From positions 32,001-96,000 of the forward strand of contig JANQHR010000144.1 of the NCBI GenBank assembly GCA_028282585.1: a DNA stretch of 64,000 bases, read 5' to 3'. This DNA comes from Bacteroidales bacterium. Its GTDB lineage: Bacteria; Bacteroidota; Bacteroidia; Bacteroidales; UBA12077. A program made the position numbers and the translations under genes. The stretch's first letter is position 1, and the number at the start of each line of letters is the position of its first letter. Below are positions 18,674 to 29,085 of the stretch, one piece after another. The notes below the pieces were generated by a model. That model was not told where the DNA came from, ran no database searches, and worked only from the letters and a program-made list of their open reading frames with translations.

Positions 18674-19900
18674 ATGAGTAATAAAATTACCACAGCTGGA
18701 AATACCGGTAAAAAAGTTCGTTCAGATTGTTTTATCACTTTGGAATTAAGAAATTCTGGTGGAATTGAAATAGAACAGAAGAGCAAAGTCCAGGTACTTT
18801 ATGGAGATTCAAATATCGAACTTTGTAAAAATATCTTAACTTTTTTTGGAATAGAAAATGCAAAATTAGAATTGGAAGATACCGGAGCATTGCCTTTAGT
18901 TATAGCGGCAAGACTGGAAGCCGCAATCAAGGAGTTAATTAACGCGGATAAAGAATATCTTTTAGATCTAATTGAAGAAAATAATTATAGTTCTGAAAGG
19001 GAACAATTCCGTTTTTCAAGATTGTACCTGCCTGGAAATACACCGAGTATGATGTTAAATGCCGGTATACACGAACCGAATGGAATAATACTGGATTTAG
19101 AAGATTCTGTTGCGTTTAACAAAAAGAAAGAAGCTCAATTACTGGTTCGCAATGCATTGCGTGGGATCAACTTCTATGGTGCTGAACGAATGGTCAGAAT
19201 CAATCAATTGCCTAAAGGGCTTGAAGACGTAAAATACCTGGTTCCTCATAATGTACATATGCTTTTGGTTCCTAAATGCGAAGGCGCTGATCAAATCCAG
19301 GAGTTAGAACAAAAGATAGAAGAGATTAAAAAAGATCATCAAGTAACCAACCCGGTTTATTTAATGCCAATTATAGAAAGTGCATTAGGCGTTGAAAGAG
19401 CATTTGAAATTGCTTCTGCATCAGAAAATGTTGTTGCATTGGCAATTGGTTTGGAAGATTATACTGCAGATCTGGGTGCTAAAAGAACAAATGAAGCTGT
19501 TGAGTCATTTTACGCAAGAACTAGAATTGTAAATGCTTGTAAAGCAGCTAGAGTTCAGGCAATTGATTCGGTTTTTTCTGATGTGGGAGATATGGAAGCA
19601 TTAAAAGAAAATGTGAAAGTATCGAAAGGATTAGGTTTCGAAGGTATGGGGTGTATTCACCCTCGCCAAATAAAGGTGATTCATGAAAGTTTTGCGCCGG
19701 AGACTGATGAAATTGAAAAAGCAAAAAAAGTCGTAAATGCTTTCATTGATGCTACAGAAAGGGGATTAGGTGTGGTTTCGCTTGGAACTAAAATGATTGA
19801 TCCTCCTGTAGTAAAAAGAGCTGAAAAGACAATTCATTTGGCTTTAAGTCTTGGTTTAATTCAGGAAAACTGGAGAAACGAATTTTTGAAAGAAGAATAA
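18674..19900 (+). CDS. citE: Fusion of citrate lyase acyl-carrier (CitD-like) and citryl-CoA lyase (CitE)
   Basis: N-terminal GIEIEQKSKV...LEDTGAL...ARLEAAI (CitD-like); RLYLPGN, ILDLEDSV, IIESALGV, GLEDYTADLG, CIHPRQI (CitE). Confidence 0.88.
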   Translation: MSNKITTAGNTGKKVRSDCFITLELRNSGGIEIEQKSKVQVLYGDSNIELCKNILTFFGIENAKLELEDTGALPLVIAARLEAAIKELINADKEYLLDLIEENNYSSEREQFRFSRLYLPGNTPSMMLNAGIHEPNGIILDLEDSVAFNKKKEAQLLVRNALRGINFYGAERMVRINQLPKGLEDVKYLVPHNVHMLLVPKCEGADQIQELEQKIEEIKKDHQVTNPVYLMPIIESALGVERAFEIASASENVVALAIGLEDYTADLGAKRTNEAVESFYARTRIVNACKAARVQAIDSVFSDVGDMEALKENVKVSKGLGFEGMGCIHPRQIKVIHESFAPETDEIEKAKKVVNAFIDATERGLGVVSLGTKMIDPPVVKRAEKTIHLALSLGLIQENWRNEFLKEE

Positions 19901-19930
19901 TTTAGTAAACAACCCAAATTAAATTTAGTT

Positions 19931-21496
19931 ATGGGACAAAAGTATACAAACCTTGTTAAAAATGCTGTTGGACGAATGGTTCCGACGGAAGTAAATGGAG
20001 AAAAACAAGTTCCTTTTCAAGGAATAGGTAAATATAAACCCGAAGGTAGAAAATTCGGGCCAAAAATAGCTTCTTGTGCTGATTACCCTGAAGACGGTAA
20101 TAAACAAGTTGCCTCTTTAAAAGAAGCATTGGTAAAAGCTGGTTTAAAAGATGGGATGACCATTTCAACACATCATCATTTTAGAAATGGTGATTTATTA
20201 GCTAATCAAATTTTTGATATTGCGAAAGAGTTGGGTGTGAAAAATTTACGTTGGGTTCCGTCTGCTTCATTTCCTTGTCATGAACACCTTATTCAATACT
20301 TAGAAGATGGTACAATACATCATATTGAAGGAAGTATGAACGGACCACTAGGACGTTTTGCTTCTTATGGTAAAATGAAAGGAATGGGAGTACTTCGTTC
20401 GCATGGCGGTCGTTACCAGGCAATTCAGGATGGAGAAGTAAAAATAGATATAACTGTAATTGGTGCCGCTTGTGCTGACTCATTTGGAAATGCAAACGGA
20501 TTATATGGGCCATCAGCAAGTGGATTACTAGGATTTGCTTTAGCTGATTCGCAATATGCCGATAAGGTTATTGTTGTAACCGACAATATGGTTCCTTTCC
20601 CTTGTAGTCCTTGGCAAATTCAGGGAAATCATGTTGATTATACAGTAGAAGTTGATCAGGTAGGTGTTCCTGAGAAGATTGTTTCAGGTACTACACAAAT
20701 AACAAAGAGCCCTGACCGTTTATTGCTTGCAGAAATGACAGCTCAGCTTTGTTTAGAGGCTGGAATTATAAAGGATGGATTTTCATTCCAGTCAGGAGCG
20801 GGAGGAACATCATTAGCAGTTGGGGATTATTTTGCTAAAATTATGCGTAAGAAAAATATTAAAGCTCGTTTTGCGCGCGGAGGTAGTAATAAGTATTTAG
20901 TTAGTATGCTTGAAGAAGGACTGGTAGACTATATATTGGATGGACAAACTTTTGATTTAAAAGGAGTTCAATCTATGGCTGATAATCCAAATCATGTTTG
21001 GACAAGCCCCTTTACGAGTTATAACTACCATGGGAAAGGAAATTTTGCTGGTTTAGTTGATGTAGTAATTCTTGGAGCAACAGAAGTTGATGTAAATTTC
21101 AATGCAAATGTTGTTACACATTCAGATGGCTTAATGTTACATGGTATAGGAGGATGGCAAAATTGTTTGTTCTCTAAAACTGTAATTCTTCCGATTCCAT
21201 TATTCAGAGATAGAATTCCTGTTATAATGGATGAAGTTACAACAATTTGCGGCCCTGGGGAATTAATAGATGTTATCGTTACAGAGCGTGGTATAGCGAT
21301 TAATCCAAAACGCAAAGACTTAATTGAAGCTTTAAAGGATTCTGATTTACCGATTAAATCAATTCAGGAACTTAAACAGGAAGCGGAAAAGATTTGTGGT
21401 AAACCTGCAAAACCGGAGTTTGAAGATGAACTAGTTGCCGTAATCAAATGGGTAGACGGAACAATCATTGATGCTGTAAAAAAAGTAAAATTATAA
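19931..21496 (+). CDS. citF: Citrate lyase alpha subunit / citrate CoA-transferase
   Basis: GMTISTHHHFRNGD, RSHGGR, FQSGAGG, GATEVDVNFN, DVIVTERGIAINP. Confidence 0.93.
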   Translation: MGQKYTNLVKNAVGRMVPTEVNGEKQVPFQGIGKYKPEGRKFGPKIASCADYPEDGNKQVASLKEALVKAGLKDGMTISTHHHFRNGDLLANQIFDIAKELGVKNLRWVPSASFPCHEHLIQYLEDGTIHHIEGSMNGPLGRFASYGKMKGMGVLRSHGGRYQAIQDGEVKIDITVIGAACADSFGNANGLYGPSASGLLGFALADSQYADKVIVVTDNMVPFPCSPWQIQGNHVDYTVEVDQVGVPEKIVSGTTQITKSPDRLLLAEMTAQLCLEAGIIKDGFSFQSGAGGTSLAVGDYFAKIMRKKNIKARFARGGSNKYLVSMLEEGLVDYILDGQTFDLKGVQSMADNPNHVWTSPFTSYNYHGKGNFAGLVDVVILGATEVDVNFNANVVTHSDGLMLHGIGGWQNCLFSKTVILPIPLFRDRIPVIMDEVTTICGPGELIDVIVTERGIAINPKRKDLIEALKDSDLPIKSIQELKQEAEKICGKPAKPEFEDELVAVIKWVDGTIIDAVKKVKL

Positions 21497-21505
21497 TCAG
21501 ATATT

Positions 21506-21661
21506 ATGAAGTATAAATGTAAAATTTGTGGTCATATTTATGATCCTGAAATTGGAGATCCGGATGGAGGCATTGCTCCGGGAACTCCATTCGAAGATAT
21601 ACCAGATGATTGGAAGTGTCCGATTTGCGGTGTAACTAAGAAAGATTACGCACCATTATAA
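21506..21661 (+). CDS. Rubredoxin (51 aa)
   Basis: Below the ORF-track size cutoff: [51 protein letters not shown], two CxxCG motifs. Confidence 0.97.
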   Translation: MKYKCKICGHIYDPEIGDPDGGIAPGTPFEDIPDDWKCPICGVTKKDYAPL

Positions 21662-21666
21662 AAATT

Positions 21667-21698
21667 AAGAAGCAATCAAATTGGTTGCTTCTTTTTTT
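21667..21698. terminator. Terminator between rubredoxin and convergent tetR
   Basis: AAGAAGCAATC-AAATT-GGTTGCTTCTT plus T run. Confidence 0.78.
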
Positions 21699-22257
21699 AA
21701 TTGATTTTAATACTATCCCAACTTGCTTGAATAGTTTTTTTAAGCAGTTGATCTGAGCTATCTAGTTCTTCTAAAAGAACCATTCGAGTAAAAGTAGATA
21801 TATGCCCCATAACCATATTAATTATAAGGTTTACAGGTAAATCACGAAGTACTCCAAATTTAATTCCTGATTCTAAGAAATCAATTGCAGATTGATAATA
21901 GGTTCTTGTTATAGCTTTTACTTCGTTTTTTACTAACGGAGAATTAGCGTAATCTTCAAGTAAATCAAACTTTTTGGGATTGTTTAAATAAAAGTTGTAC
22001 AGGTTCTTCCATAATAGGAAAAACCTTTCTTTAAAAGGGATATCCTGTTCTAAGTTTTCTGTAAAAGCAGTGCCAGATTCTTGTTTAATTTCCAGATATA
22101 ATGTATTTATTAGATCACTTTTATCATTAAAGTAATAATAAATTGTACCTGCTGCGACATTTGATCTTTTGATTATTTCAGGTATTGATGTTCCTTGAAT
22201 TCCTACTTCTGCGATTAAATCTAAGGTGCTTGTTAAAATAATTTCCCTCTTATTCAT
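21697..22257 (-). CDS. TetR/AcrR-family transcriptional regulator
   Basis: GIQGTSIPEIIKRSNVAAGTIYYYFNDKSDL HTH. Confidence 0.95.
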   Translation of the reverse strand: MNKREIILTSTLDLIAEVGIQGTSIPEIIKRSNVAAGTIYYYFNDKSDLINTLYLEIKQESGTAFTENLEQDIPFKERFFLLWKNLYNFYLNNPKKFDLLEDYANSPLVKNEVKAITRTYYQSAIDFLESGIKFGVLRDLPVNLIINMVMGHISTFTRMVLLEELDSSDQLLKKTIQASWDSIKIN

Positions 22258-22280
22258 AATTCAATTAAATATCCTGTATA

Positions 22281-22308
22281 CAAATCTATACAATAAGAAT
22301 GAATTCTT
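22281..22308 (-). promoter_or_regulatory. tetR -7 promoter element with adjacent palindrome (putative operator)
   Basis: Minus-strand TAGATTTG (22288-22281); AAGAAT-GA-ATTCTT palindrome at 22295-22308. Confidence 0.5.
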
Positions 22309-22390
22309 TTAAAATAGTGAGAAAAATGAAGTTTGTAAATCTCAAAATATCTTATAACTTTAAAACTACATTCATATTAAATAATATAGG

Positions 22391-24349
22391 ATGAATTTAA
22401 AACATATTAGCTACTTAATCATTATTTCGCTTTTAATAAGCTCTTTATCTTTAATAGGACAAAAACTACCTGAAGAAATTAAAAAAGATATTTCTGTTTT
22501 AGGTGATGAACAAAAAGTTGAATATTTAAGTAAACAGTGTTGGAATAACCGAGAAAAGGATACGGATTCTGCTTTAATCTATGGTAATTATGCAATTAAA
22601 CTAGCAGATAGCCTTGCATTTTATAACCAATTAGCAAAAGTTAATAACTTCGTTGGCGTAATTTATTTACATTATATTCATGATATACATGCTTCAATTT
22701 CATATTTTCATAGTGCGTTAGCAACTGCGCTTCAAGTTAGGGACACATTGCAAATTGCTTATTCGTATAATAACCTTGGGGATGCTTTCTATTTAACTGG
22801 AAACACACAGTTGGCATTAGAATATGGAGAAAATTCCCTTCATTATTTTAGTGAATTAAATAACAAACAAGGTATTGCATATAGTTATATAAATTTAGGA
22901 TTAGCAAATAGAGCCGATAAAAGCTATGATAAGTCAATAGAGTATTTTGATAAAGCTGTTGATTTAAGAAAAACTATGGGAGATAATGTGGGAATTGCTT
23001 CGGGAATTTATGAAATTGCCCGAAGTTATTTTGAAAAATCGGATTATAAACAGGCAAGGCTTTATTATGATAAATCATTGGATCTACATTTAGAATTGGA
23101 TAACAAGATGTACATAGCATTGTGTCTTAATGGACTTGGAGATATTTGTTTTGTTGAAAGGAACTATAAAAATGCACTTAAAAAGTATAATGAAGCGTTG
23201 AAGCATAACAAAGAAGGTAACCGTAAAAGTGGAATGATTCAGAATCACTTAGGAAGAGCGCTAGTATTCTCAAAGATAGATAAAAGGAGAAATGGGGAAA
23301 AAGCTCTGTTAAAGGCGCTAAAATTAGCTGAGCAATTAGGTTACCCATCACTTATATTGGAAGCTTATGAAACACGAGCTGAATTTTACTCTAATGTTGG
23401 TGATTATAAATTATCTAATACAAGTTATCGCAGGTACGTAACAATTTACGATTCATTATTTACTGTTGAACAGCAGGAAACATTAGCAGAGATGCAACAC
23501 AATTTTTTTATAACTCAAAACCTTTATAAAGTAAATAATGATTTAGAGATAAAAAAGAGGGAGGCTTTAGTACTTATTTTTACAATAATCATATTTGTTG
23601 TTTTAGGTATAGCTTTTATTTGGAAGTTCATTTCCAATGTGCAGTTAAACAGAAAGTTAAAGTCCATAAACGATTCGAAGGATAAATTATTTTCAATTGT
23701 TTCACATGATTTAAAAAGCCCATTTAATTCTATATTAGGGTTTAGCGAGTTGATGATGAAGAGCGTTGATGGTAAAAGTATTGGAGATACCAGTAAATAT
23801 ACCAACTATATTAATCAATTGTCAAAACAGTCAGTTGGACTTATTAACAACCTTTCAAATTGGTCAATGTCACAACGAGGTATATTGGTGTTAAATGAAG
23901 AAAAATTCAACCTACATAATTTAATTAAAGAAATACATGATATTAATAGTATTTCAGCTCAAAAAAAGGGTATTGAACTTAGTATCAATATTACAGAACC
24001 ATTGGATGTTTATGCCGATAAAGAAATTCTTCGTACGGTTTTTACCAATTTAATGACTAATGCTATAAAGTTTACACCACAGAATGGGAAGATTATTGTA
24101 TCAGCTCAAATTAAACATAAGTATTTAGAGGTTAAGTTTAAAGACTCTGGAGTTGGAATTAAAGAAGATGATATAAGTAAATTATTTGACATTAAAAATA
24201 ATTATACAACACCAGGTACTAATGATGAGAAGGGAACTGGATTAGGCTTGATTATATGTAAGGAATTTATTGAATTACATAAAGGAAAAATAGACTTAGA
24301 AAGCCAAGTTGGTAAGGGAACTAATTTCACGGTTATTTTGCCTCAATAG
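22391..24349 (+). CDS. TPR-repeat sensor histidine kinase
   Basis: Periplasmic TPRs, TM helix, SIVSHDLKSPF H-box, NLMTNAIKFT, DSGVGI, GTGLGL. Confidence 0.94.
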   Translation: MNLKHISYLIIISLLISSLSLIGQKLPEEIKKDISVLGDEQKVEYLSKQCWNNREKDTDSALIYGNYAIKLADSLAFYNQLAKVNNFVGVIYLHYIHDIHASISYFHSALATALQVRDTLQIAYSYNNLGDAFYLTGNTQLALEYGENSLHYFSELNNKQGIAYSYINLGLANRADKSYDKSIEYFDKAVDLRKTMGDNVGIASGIYEIARSYFEKSDYKQARLYYDKSLDLHLELDNKMYIALCLNGLGDICFVERNYKNALKKYNEALKHNKEGNRKSGMIQNHLGRALVFSKIDKRRNGEKALLKALKLAEQLGYPSLILEAYETRAEFYSNVGDYKLSNTSYRRYVTIYDSLFTVEQQETLAEMQHNFFITQNLYKVNNDLEIKKREALVLIFTIIIFVVLGIAFIWKFISNVQLNRKLKSINDSKDKLFSIVSHDLKSPFNSILGFSELMMKSVDGKSIGDTSKYTNYINQLSKQSVGLINNLSNWSMSQRGILVLNEEKFNLHNLIKEIHDINSISAQKKGIELSINITEPLDVYADKEILRTVFTNLMTNAIKFTPQNGKIIVSAQIKHKYLEVKFKDSGVGIKEDDISKLFDIKNNYTTPGTNDEKGTGLGLIICKEFIELHKGKIDLESQVGKGTNFTVILPQ

Positions 24350-24372
24350 AAATAAAGAAGGCGGAATTGTAA

Positions 24373-25986
24373 CTATTTATTCAATTTTTCTGCTAGATTT
24401 AAAGCTTGGTAAGCACTTACAATACCACCTGTAACGGATAATTCTCCAAATTCTACCTTCTTCTTTTTAGCTCCAGGTTTATAAACGAGATGATCAGGGT
24501 ACGTTATTGCAGATTTCAGTAAAATGTCCTTAAGTTCTTTATAGTTCAAATCGGGATAATATGATAATACAAGAGCTGCTACACCTGATACAATCGGGCT
24601 AGAGAAACTGGTACCATCCGCTATATCATAATTACTTTCAGGGGCTAATGATTTAATTCTTACTCCAGGAGCAAAAATATCAACCATTTCTTTTCCATAA
24701 TTTGAGAAATTTGCTGCAAATTTTAAATCATGATTCATAGCTGATGCTCCAACCGAAATGTAATTGTCGATTTTAAATTCACCATTAATATTAGGTGTAG
24801 GAAATTGTTTTACTTTATCAATATTGTTGCCGTCATTTCCCGCTGCATGTATTATTAATACTCCTTTTTTTTGCGCATAAAGAATAGCCTCATCAACCAA
24901 GTATTTATAAGGAGACAATTCTTTTCCAAAGCTCATATTTATTATTCTTGCACCATTATCAACAGCATAACGAATAGCTTTTGCAATATCTTTATCTCTT
25001 TCATCACCATTAGGAACTGCTTTCAAAGCAATGATTTTTACATTTTCTACAATACCTTTAATTCCCTTTTCATTGTTTCTATTAGCAGCTATTATACCAG
25101 CTACAAAAGTTCCATGATCTGCCTCCGGGCCGTAAACATTATTGTTTCCATAACTTTCCTCAATGTCAGTTGGGTTATCACCAATGATATCTCGAGGATT
25201 AAAATCTATATTTAAATGGTAATTTAGTTCTTCGTTTACATATACTTCAAATTCATCAAATATTTCTTCATTAAAACCGTACTTTACAAAGTTGTATTGA
25301 AACTTAATATCCTTTTTCAGCTCTTTATTATGTATCTTTAAGCTATCGAGGTCACGAAGTGTTATAACTTCTTTTTTAGCTGCTTTAGCAATATTATCAT
25401 AAGATGAATTGTAGTTCCTTTTAAAATTTTCAAGATATTCTTTGTTTTTGTTAGCCTCTTTGAGTGCCTTTTCATATCTTTTTTTTGCGTCAAGGTAGAG
25501 TTTATAAGTTTCTTTTTCCGAATCGCTTAGTTGATTGCTTTTTACATTTTCAAACTTATCTTTATTTTGTTTGTAAATACGTGTAATTTCAAGGTTTTCA
25601 TAAGAAATATTTTCTCCTTTTGAGTTTCCAATAAAATTCCAACCGTTAATATCATCAACATATCCGTTATAATCATCGTCAATTCCATTATCAGGAATTT
25701 CGTCTTGATTTATCCAGATATTATCCTTTAAATCTTCGTGATTTACATCTATTCCTCCATCGATAACAGCCACTATTACCGTAGTTGATTCTTTACTTTG
25801 TAAAAGTTGCTCATACGCTTTATTTACCTCTGCTCCATATATAAAATCATCAATAGGTGATTTATTAAACCAATCAAAATATTTATCTTTTTTTACTTCA
25901 TTACTAGTAGAGTTATTATTATTTTGTGCAAATAAATAATTAGCAACAAAGAAATATATGGTTAAAATTACAAGTATCTTTTTCAT
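24373..25986 (-). CDS. S8 (subtilisin-like) serine peptidase
   Basis: Catalytic triad VAVIDGG / HGTFVAG / GTSFSSP; AAGND; signal peptide. Confidence 0.94.
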   Translation of the reverse strand: MKKILVILTIYFFVANYLFAQNNNNSTSNEVKKDKYFDWFNKSPIDDFIYGAEVNKAYEQLLQSKESTTVIVAVIDGGIDVNHEDLKDNIWINQDEIPDNGIDDDYNGYVDDINGWNFIGNSKGENISYENLEITRIYKQNKDKFENVKSNQLSDSEKETYKLYLDAKKRYEKALKEANKNKEYLENFKRNYNSSYDNIAKAAKKEVITLRDLDSLKIHNKELKKDIKFQYNFVKYGFNEEIFDEFEVYVNEELNYHLNIDFNPRDIIGDNPTDIEESYGNNNVYGPEADHGTFVAGIIAANRNNEKGIKGIVENVKIIALKAVPNGDERDKDIAKAIRYAVDNGARIINMSFGKELSPYKYLVDEAILYAQKKGVLIIHAAGNDGNNIDKVKQFPTPNINGEFKIDNYISVGASAMNHDLKFAANFSNYGKEMVDIFAPGVRIKSLAPESNYDIADGTSFSSPIVSGVAALVLSYYPDLNYKELKDILLKSAITYPDHLVYKPGAKKKKVEFGELSVTGGIVSAYQALNLAEKLNK

Positions 25987-26016
25987 TTTTTATAAATATA
26001 TTTCTACTCATACAAC

Positions 26017-26050
26017 AAAAAAAGAGAAAGGTTTACTTTCTCTTTTCTTT
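26017..26050 (-). terminator. Terminator after the isoaspartyl peptidase gene
   Basis: AAAAGAGAAAG-GTTTA-CTTTCTCTTTT, with a T run on the minus strand. Confidence 0.65.
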
Positions 26051-26068
26051 AGCGCAAATTTGATAAAT

Positions 26069-27046
26069 TTATTTGAATATTGCAACTTCTTTTTCACCTG
26101 TTGATTTTGCATAGGCCCTAAACATCATATTTGTATTAAAAGGCATAGCAACATTTCCATCCTTATCTACGGCAATAATTCCACCTAAGCCATCAACTTC
26201 TGCAAGTTTTTTATTTATAACTAAATTTGAAGCTTCTTCTAAGCTCATACCCTTATACTCCATTAAAGCAGAAATGTCATGAGCTACAGCATATCTAATG
26301 AAGAATTCACCATGTCCAGTGGCGGAAACCGCACAAGTATTATTGTTAGCATAATTTCCTGCACCAATAATTGGTGAATCGCCAATTCTACCGTATTTTT
26401 TATTGGTTCTACCACCGGTTGATGTTCCGGCTGCCAGATTACCATATTTATCAAGAACAACACAACCAACCGTTCCGTGTTTTTCTGATTTCAATACATT
26501 TTGTAGGCTTTTCCATCTTTTTTCAGTAAAGAAATAAGAAGAATCAACAATTTCTATTCCTTGTTTTTCAGCAAATTGAGAAGCTCCGTTACCCGAAAGT
26601 AGAACGTGCTCGGAGTTTAGCATTACTTCAATCGCTAACGAAATAGGATTTTTTACATCATCTACTCCTGCAACAGCTCCGGCATTTAGATCCCAACCCT
26701 GCATTATTGAAGCATCCAGTTCATTTCTTCCATCATGGGTAAAAACGGCACCTTTACCAGCATTAAATAATGGGCAATCTTCTAAAAAAATTATGGTTTT
26801 TTCAATAGCCTCAAGGCAAGTTCCTCCGTTTTTAAGTATATTTTCTCCAATAGTTAACGCTTGGTTTAACTTTTCTTTGTATTCTTTTTGTTGTTCCTCA
26901 TTTATATCTCTGTTACTTGCATTTCCTGCACCTCCATGTATGACAATTACATATTCAGGTTTAGATGAAGGTTCCTCTGTAGAACAGTTTACTGCAAGAA
27001 CTGATAAGGTTAATAGTAGAATTGTTTGTGTTATTCTTGTTTTCAT
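26069..27046 (-). CDS. iaaA: Isoaspartyl peptidase / L-asparaginase (Ntn hydrolase), probable lipoprotein
   Basis: IHGGAG, FNAGKG, ELDASIM, GTVGCV nucleophile Thr, GRIGDSPIIGAG. Confidence 0.92.
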   Translation of the reverse strand: MKTRITQTILLLTLSVLAVNCSTEEPSSKPEYVIVIHGGAGNASNRDINEEQQKEYKEKLNQALTIGENILKNGGTCLEAIEKTIIFLEDCPLFNAGKGAVFTHDGRNELDASIMQGWDLNAGAVAGVDDVKNPISLAIEVMLNSEHVLLSGNGASQFAEKQGIEIVDSSYFFTEKRWKSLQNVLKSEKHGTVGCVVLDKYGNLAAGTSTGGRTNKKYGRIGDSPIIGAGNYANNNTCAVSATGHGEFFIRYAVAHDISALMEYKGMSLEEASNLVINKKLAEVDGLGGIIAVDKDGNVAMPFNTNMMFRAYAKSTGEKEVAIFK

Positions 27047-27192
27047 GTGGTGTATTCTTTAGCAATTACTTAATAGGTTTTTATAATATTCTAATAATTG
27101 ACTCTAAAGATATAAAATGAAATCTATACTCCAAATTAGTTCATTGACTCGAAAAAAATATAGGGTATTTTTACAGACTGTAATGATTGACT

Positions 27193-28836
27193 TTACTTAC
27201 TGTTAATAAAGAATTTCTCAATCATTTCAAGTAAAGCGTATGATTTTATAGGTTTAGGTATGTATTCGTTGCATCCTGCATCAATACAAATATCTCGTTC
27301 GTTTTTTAAAATAAATGCAGATTGAGCAATTATTGGTAAATGTGGTTTAAAAGCTTTTATTTTTTTTGTTGCTTCAATACCATCAAGAACAGGCATTTTA
27401 ATATCCATTAAGACCAGATCATAATCTATCTTTAAGCACTTTTCTACTGCATCTTCGCCGTTTCTAACCCAGTCTAAACATACATGCGTTCGAACTAATG
27501 ATGCTTTAATTACTTCGTAATTGGATACTTCATCTTCTGCAATTAATACCTTCTTTCCAACCCAATTATAAGTTGTTTTTTGACTGTTTTTATTTCCAAT
27601 CTCAAGAAATGTTACTTTATTAGGTAAGGAAAAATAGAATATGGAACCTATTCCTAAGTTTGATTCAACCCAAATATTACCACCTAAAAGGTTTACCAGT
27701 CTTTTGGTAATAGTAAGACCAATACCTGTTCCTCTATACAACGTTGTGCGATCTTCTATTTTAGTAAAATGATTAAATATTGTATCTAACTTTTCTTCAG
27801 GTATACCAATTCCAGTATCTCTAACATAAAAAATGGGTTCATCATGTTGGTTAATGTCAAAACCAAATTCAATAAATCCTTTGTGAGTATATTTTAATGC
27901 ATTATTTAATAAATGATTAAAGACCTGATTAAATCTAAATTCGTCTGTTTCAATATAGGCAATAGAATCGCCAAATGGATTATGAAGAAGTAATTCAACA
28001 TTTTTTTTATTTCTCGATTGTTCTTTCGCGAATTGTTCGTACAACTCATTTAAAATTTTGGAAATATTAAATTTTCTATTGTTTATTTTTAAATTACCAC
28101 TATCTAGTTGAGCCATATCAATAATATCGTCGATAAGCTTAAGTAACATATTACTGCTTTCAGATACTTGTTCAGCAAATTCTTTACGTGTTTGTTGATC
28201 AGTAGTTGATTCAGCAATTAGTTCAGAAAATCCGATTATAGCATTCAATGGAGTACGTATTTCATGTGACATATTTGTAAGAAATGCCGATTTTAATTTG
28301 TCTGACTCTTCTGCTTTCAGTTTTGCTACCTCAAGTTTATTTCTAGATTCGACCCATTCCGTAATATCTTCGCCCATACCTAATATAAAAACCGGATTCC
28401 CGTGTTTATCCTTTATTACTGTAGCAACCAGTTTTAACCAAATTTTGTTTTGATTTTTTGTTAAATAAACTGCTTCGGTTACATGTTTATCTAGTTTAGA
28501 ATCAAACATATCCTGAATTATCTTTTTAGCATTTTCACCATTGCTTTCAGGTATTAAATCAAGATAAGTTTTATTACTTAGATCATCCGGATTATATCCA
28601 AATAGGTCGTGGAAACTTTTATTGTATTTGCGAATTTTTAAATCTTTATCAATTATTCCAATTCCAATCCCGGCTTCCTTAAACATTGATTCAAATAACC
28701 GTTCTTTTTCGCTAATATTTCCTCGTGATTTTAATTCTTCGCACTCTTTCTTCAATTTAAAGATTTCTTGTTTTAAATGAAGAACCTCGTCCTCTAGTTG
28801 TTCTTTATATATATTTATATCGGAATAACTCATCAA
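27193..28836 (-). CDS. Cytoplasmic hybrid histidine kinase (PAS, HisKA, HATPase, REC)
   Basis: FLTNMSHEIRTPLNAI, GTGIGL, VLIAEDE...LMDIKMP. Confidence 0.94.
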   Translation of the reverse strand: MMSYSDINIYKEQLEDEVLHLKQEIFKLKKECEELKSRGNISEKERLFESMFKEAGIGIGIIDKDLKIRKYNKSFHDLFGYNPDDLSNKTYLDLIPESNGENAKKIIQDMFDSKLDKHVTEAVYLTKNQNKIWLKLVATVIKDKHGNPVFILGMGEDITEWVESRNKLEVAKLKAEESDKLKSAFLTNMSHEIRTPLNAIIGFSELIAESTTDQQTRKEFAEQVSESSNMLLKLIDDIIDMAQLDSGNLKINNRKFNISKILNELYEQFAKEQSRNKKNVELLLHNPFGDSIAYIETDEFRFNQVFNHLLNNALKYTHKGFIEFGFDINQHDEPIFYVRDTGIGIPEEKLDTIFNHFTKIEDRTTLYRGTGIGLTITKRLVNLLGGNIWVESNLGIGSIFYFSLPNKVTFLEIGNKNSQKTTYNWVGKKVLIAEDEVSNYEVIKASLVRTHVCLDWVRNGEDAVEKCLKIDYDLVLMDIKMPVLDGIEATKKIKAFKPHLPIIAQSAFILKNERDICIDAGCNEYIPKPIKSYALLEMIEKFFINSK

Positions 28837-29085
28837 AACTTAAATAATGTTTGTTGAAATCAAAATTCCTTATAATTTTAAATAAGTACAAATAAATCAG
28901 TGTTTAATAGGATAGTATTTTGACTAATGATATGATCTATACTTTTATTTAAGTATTTATGTTGATGAACAATTTCTGAGACTTAATGTTAATCAATAAA
29001 CAATAAACAGTTATTAACCAACTAATTTATTGACATTCGATGGATTTCATAATAACTTTATAAAACCTAACTAAAACTTAAAATT

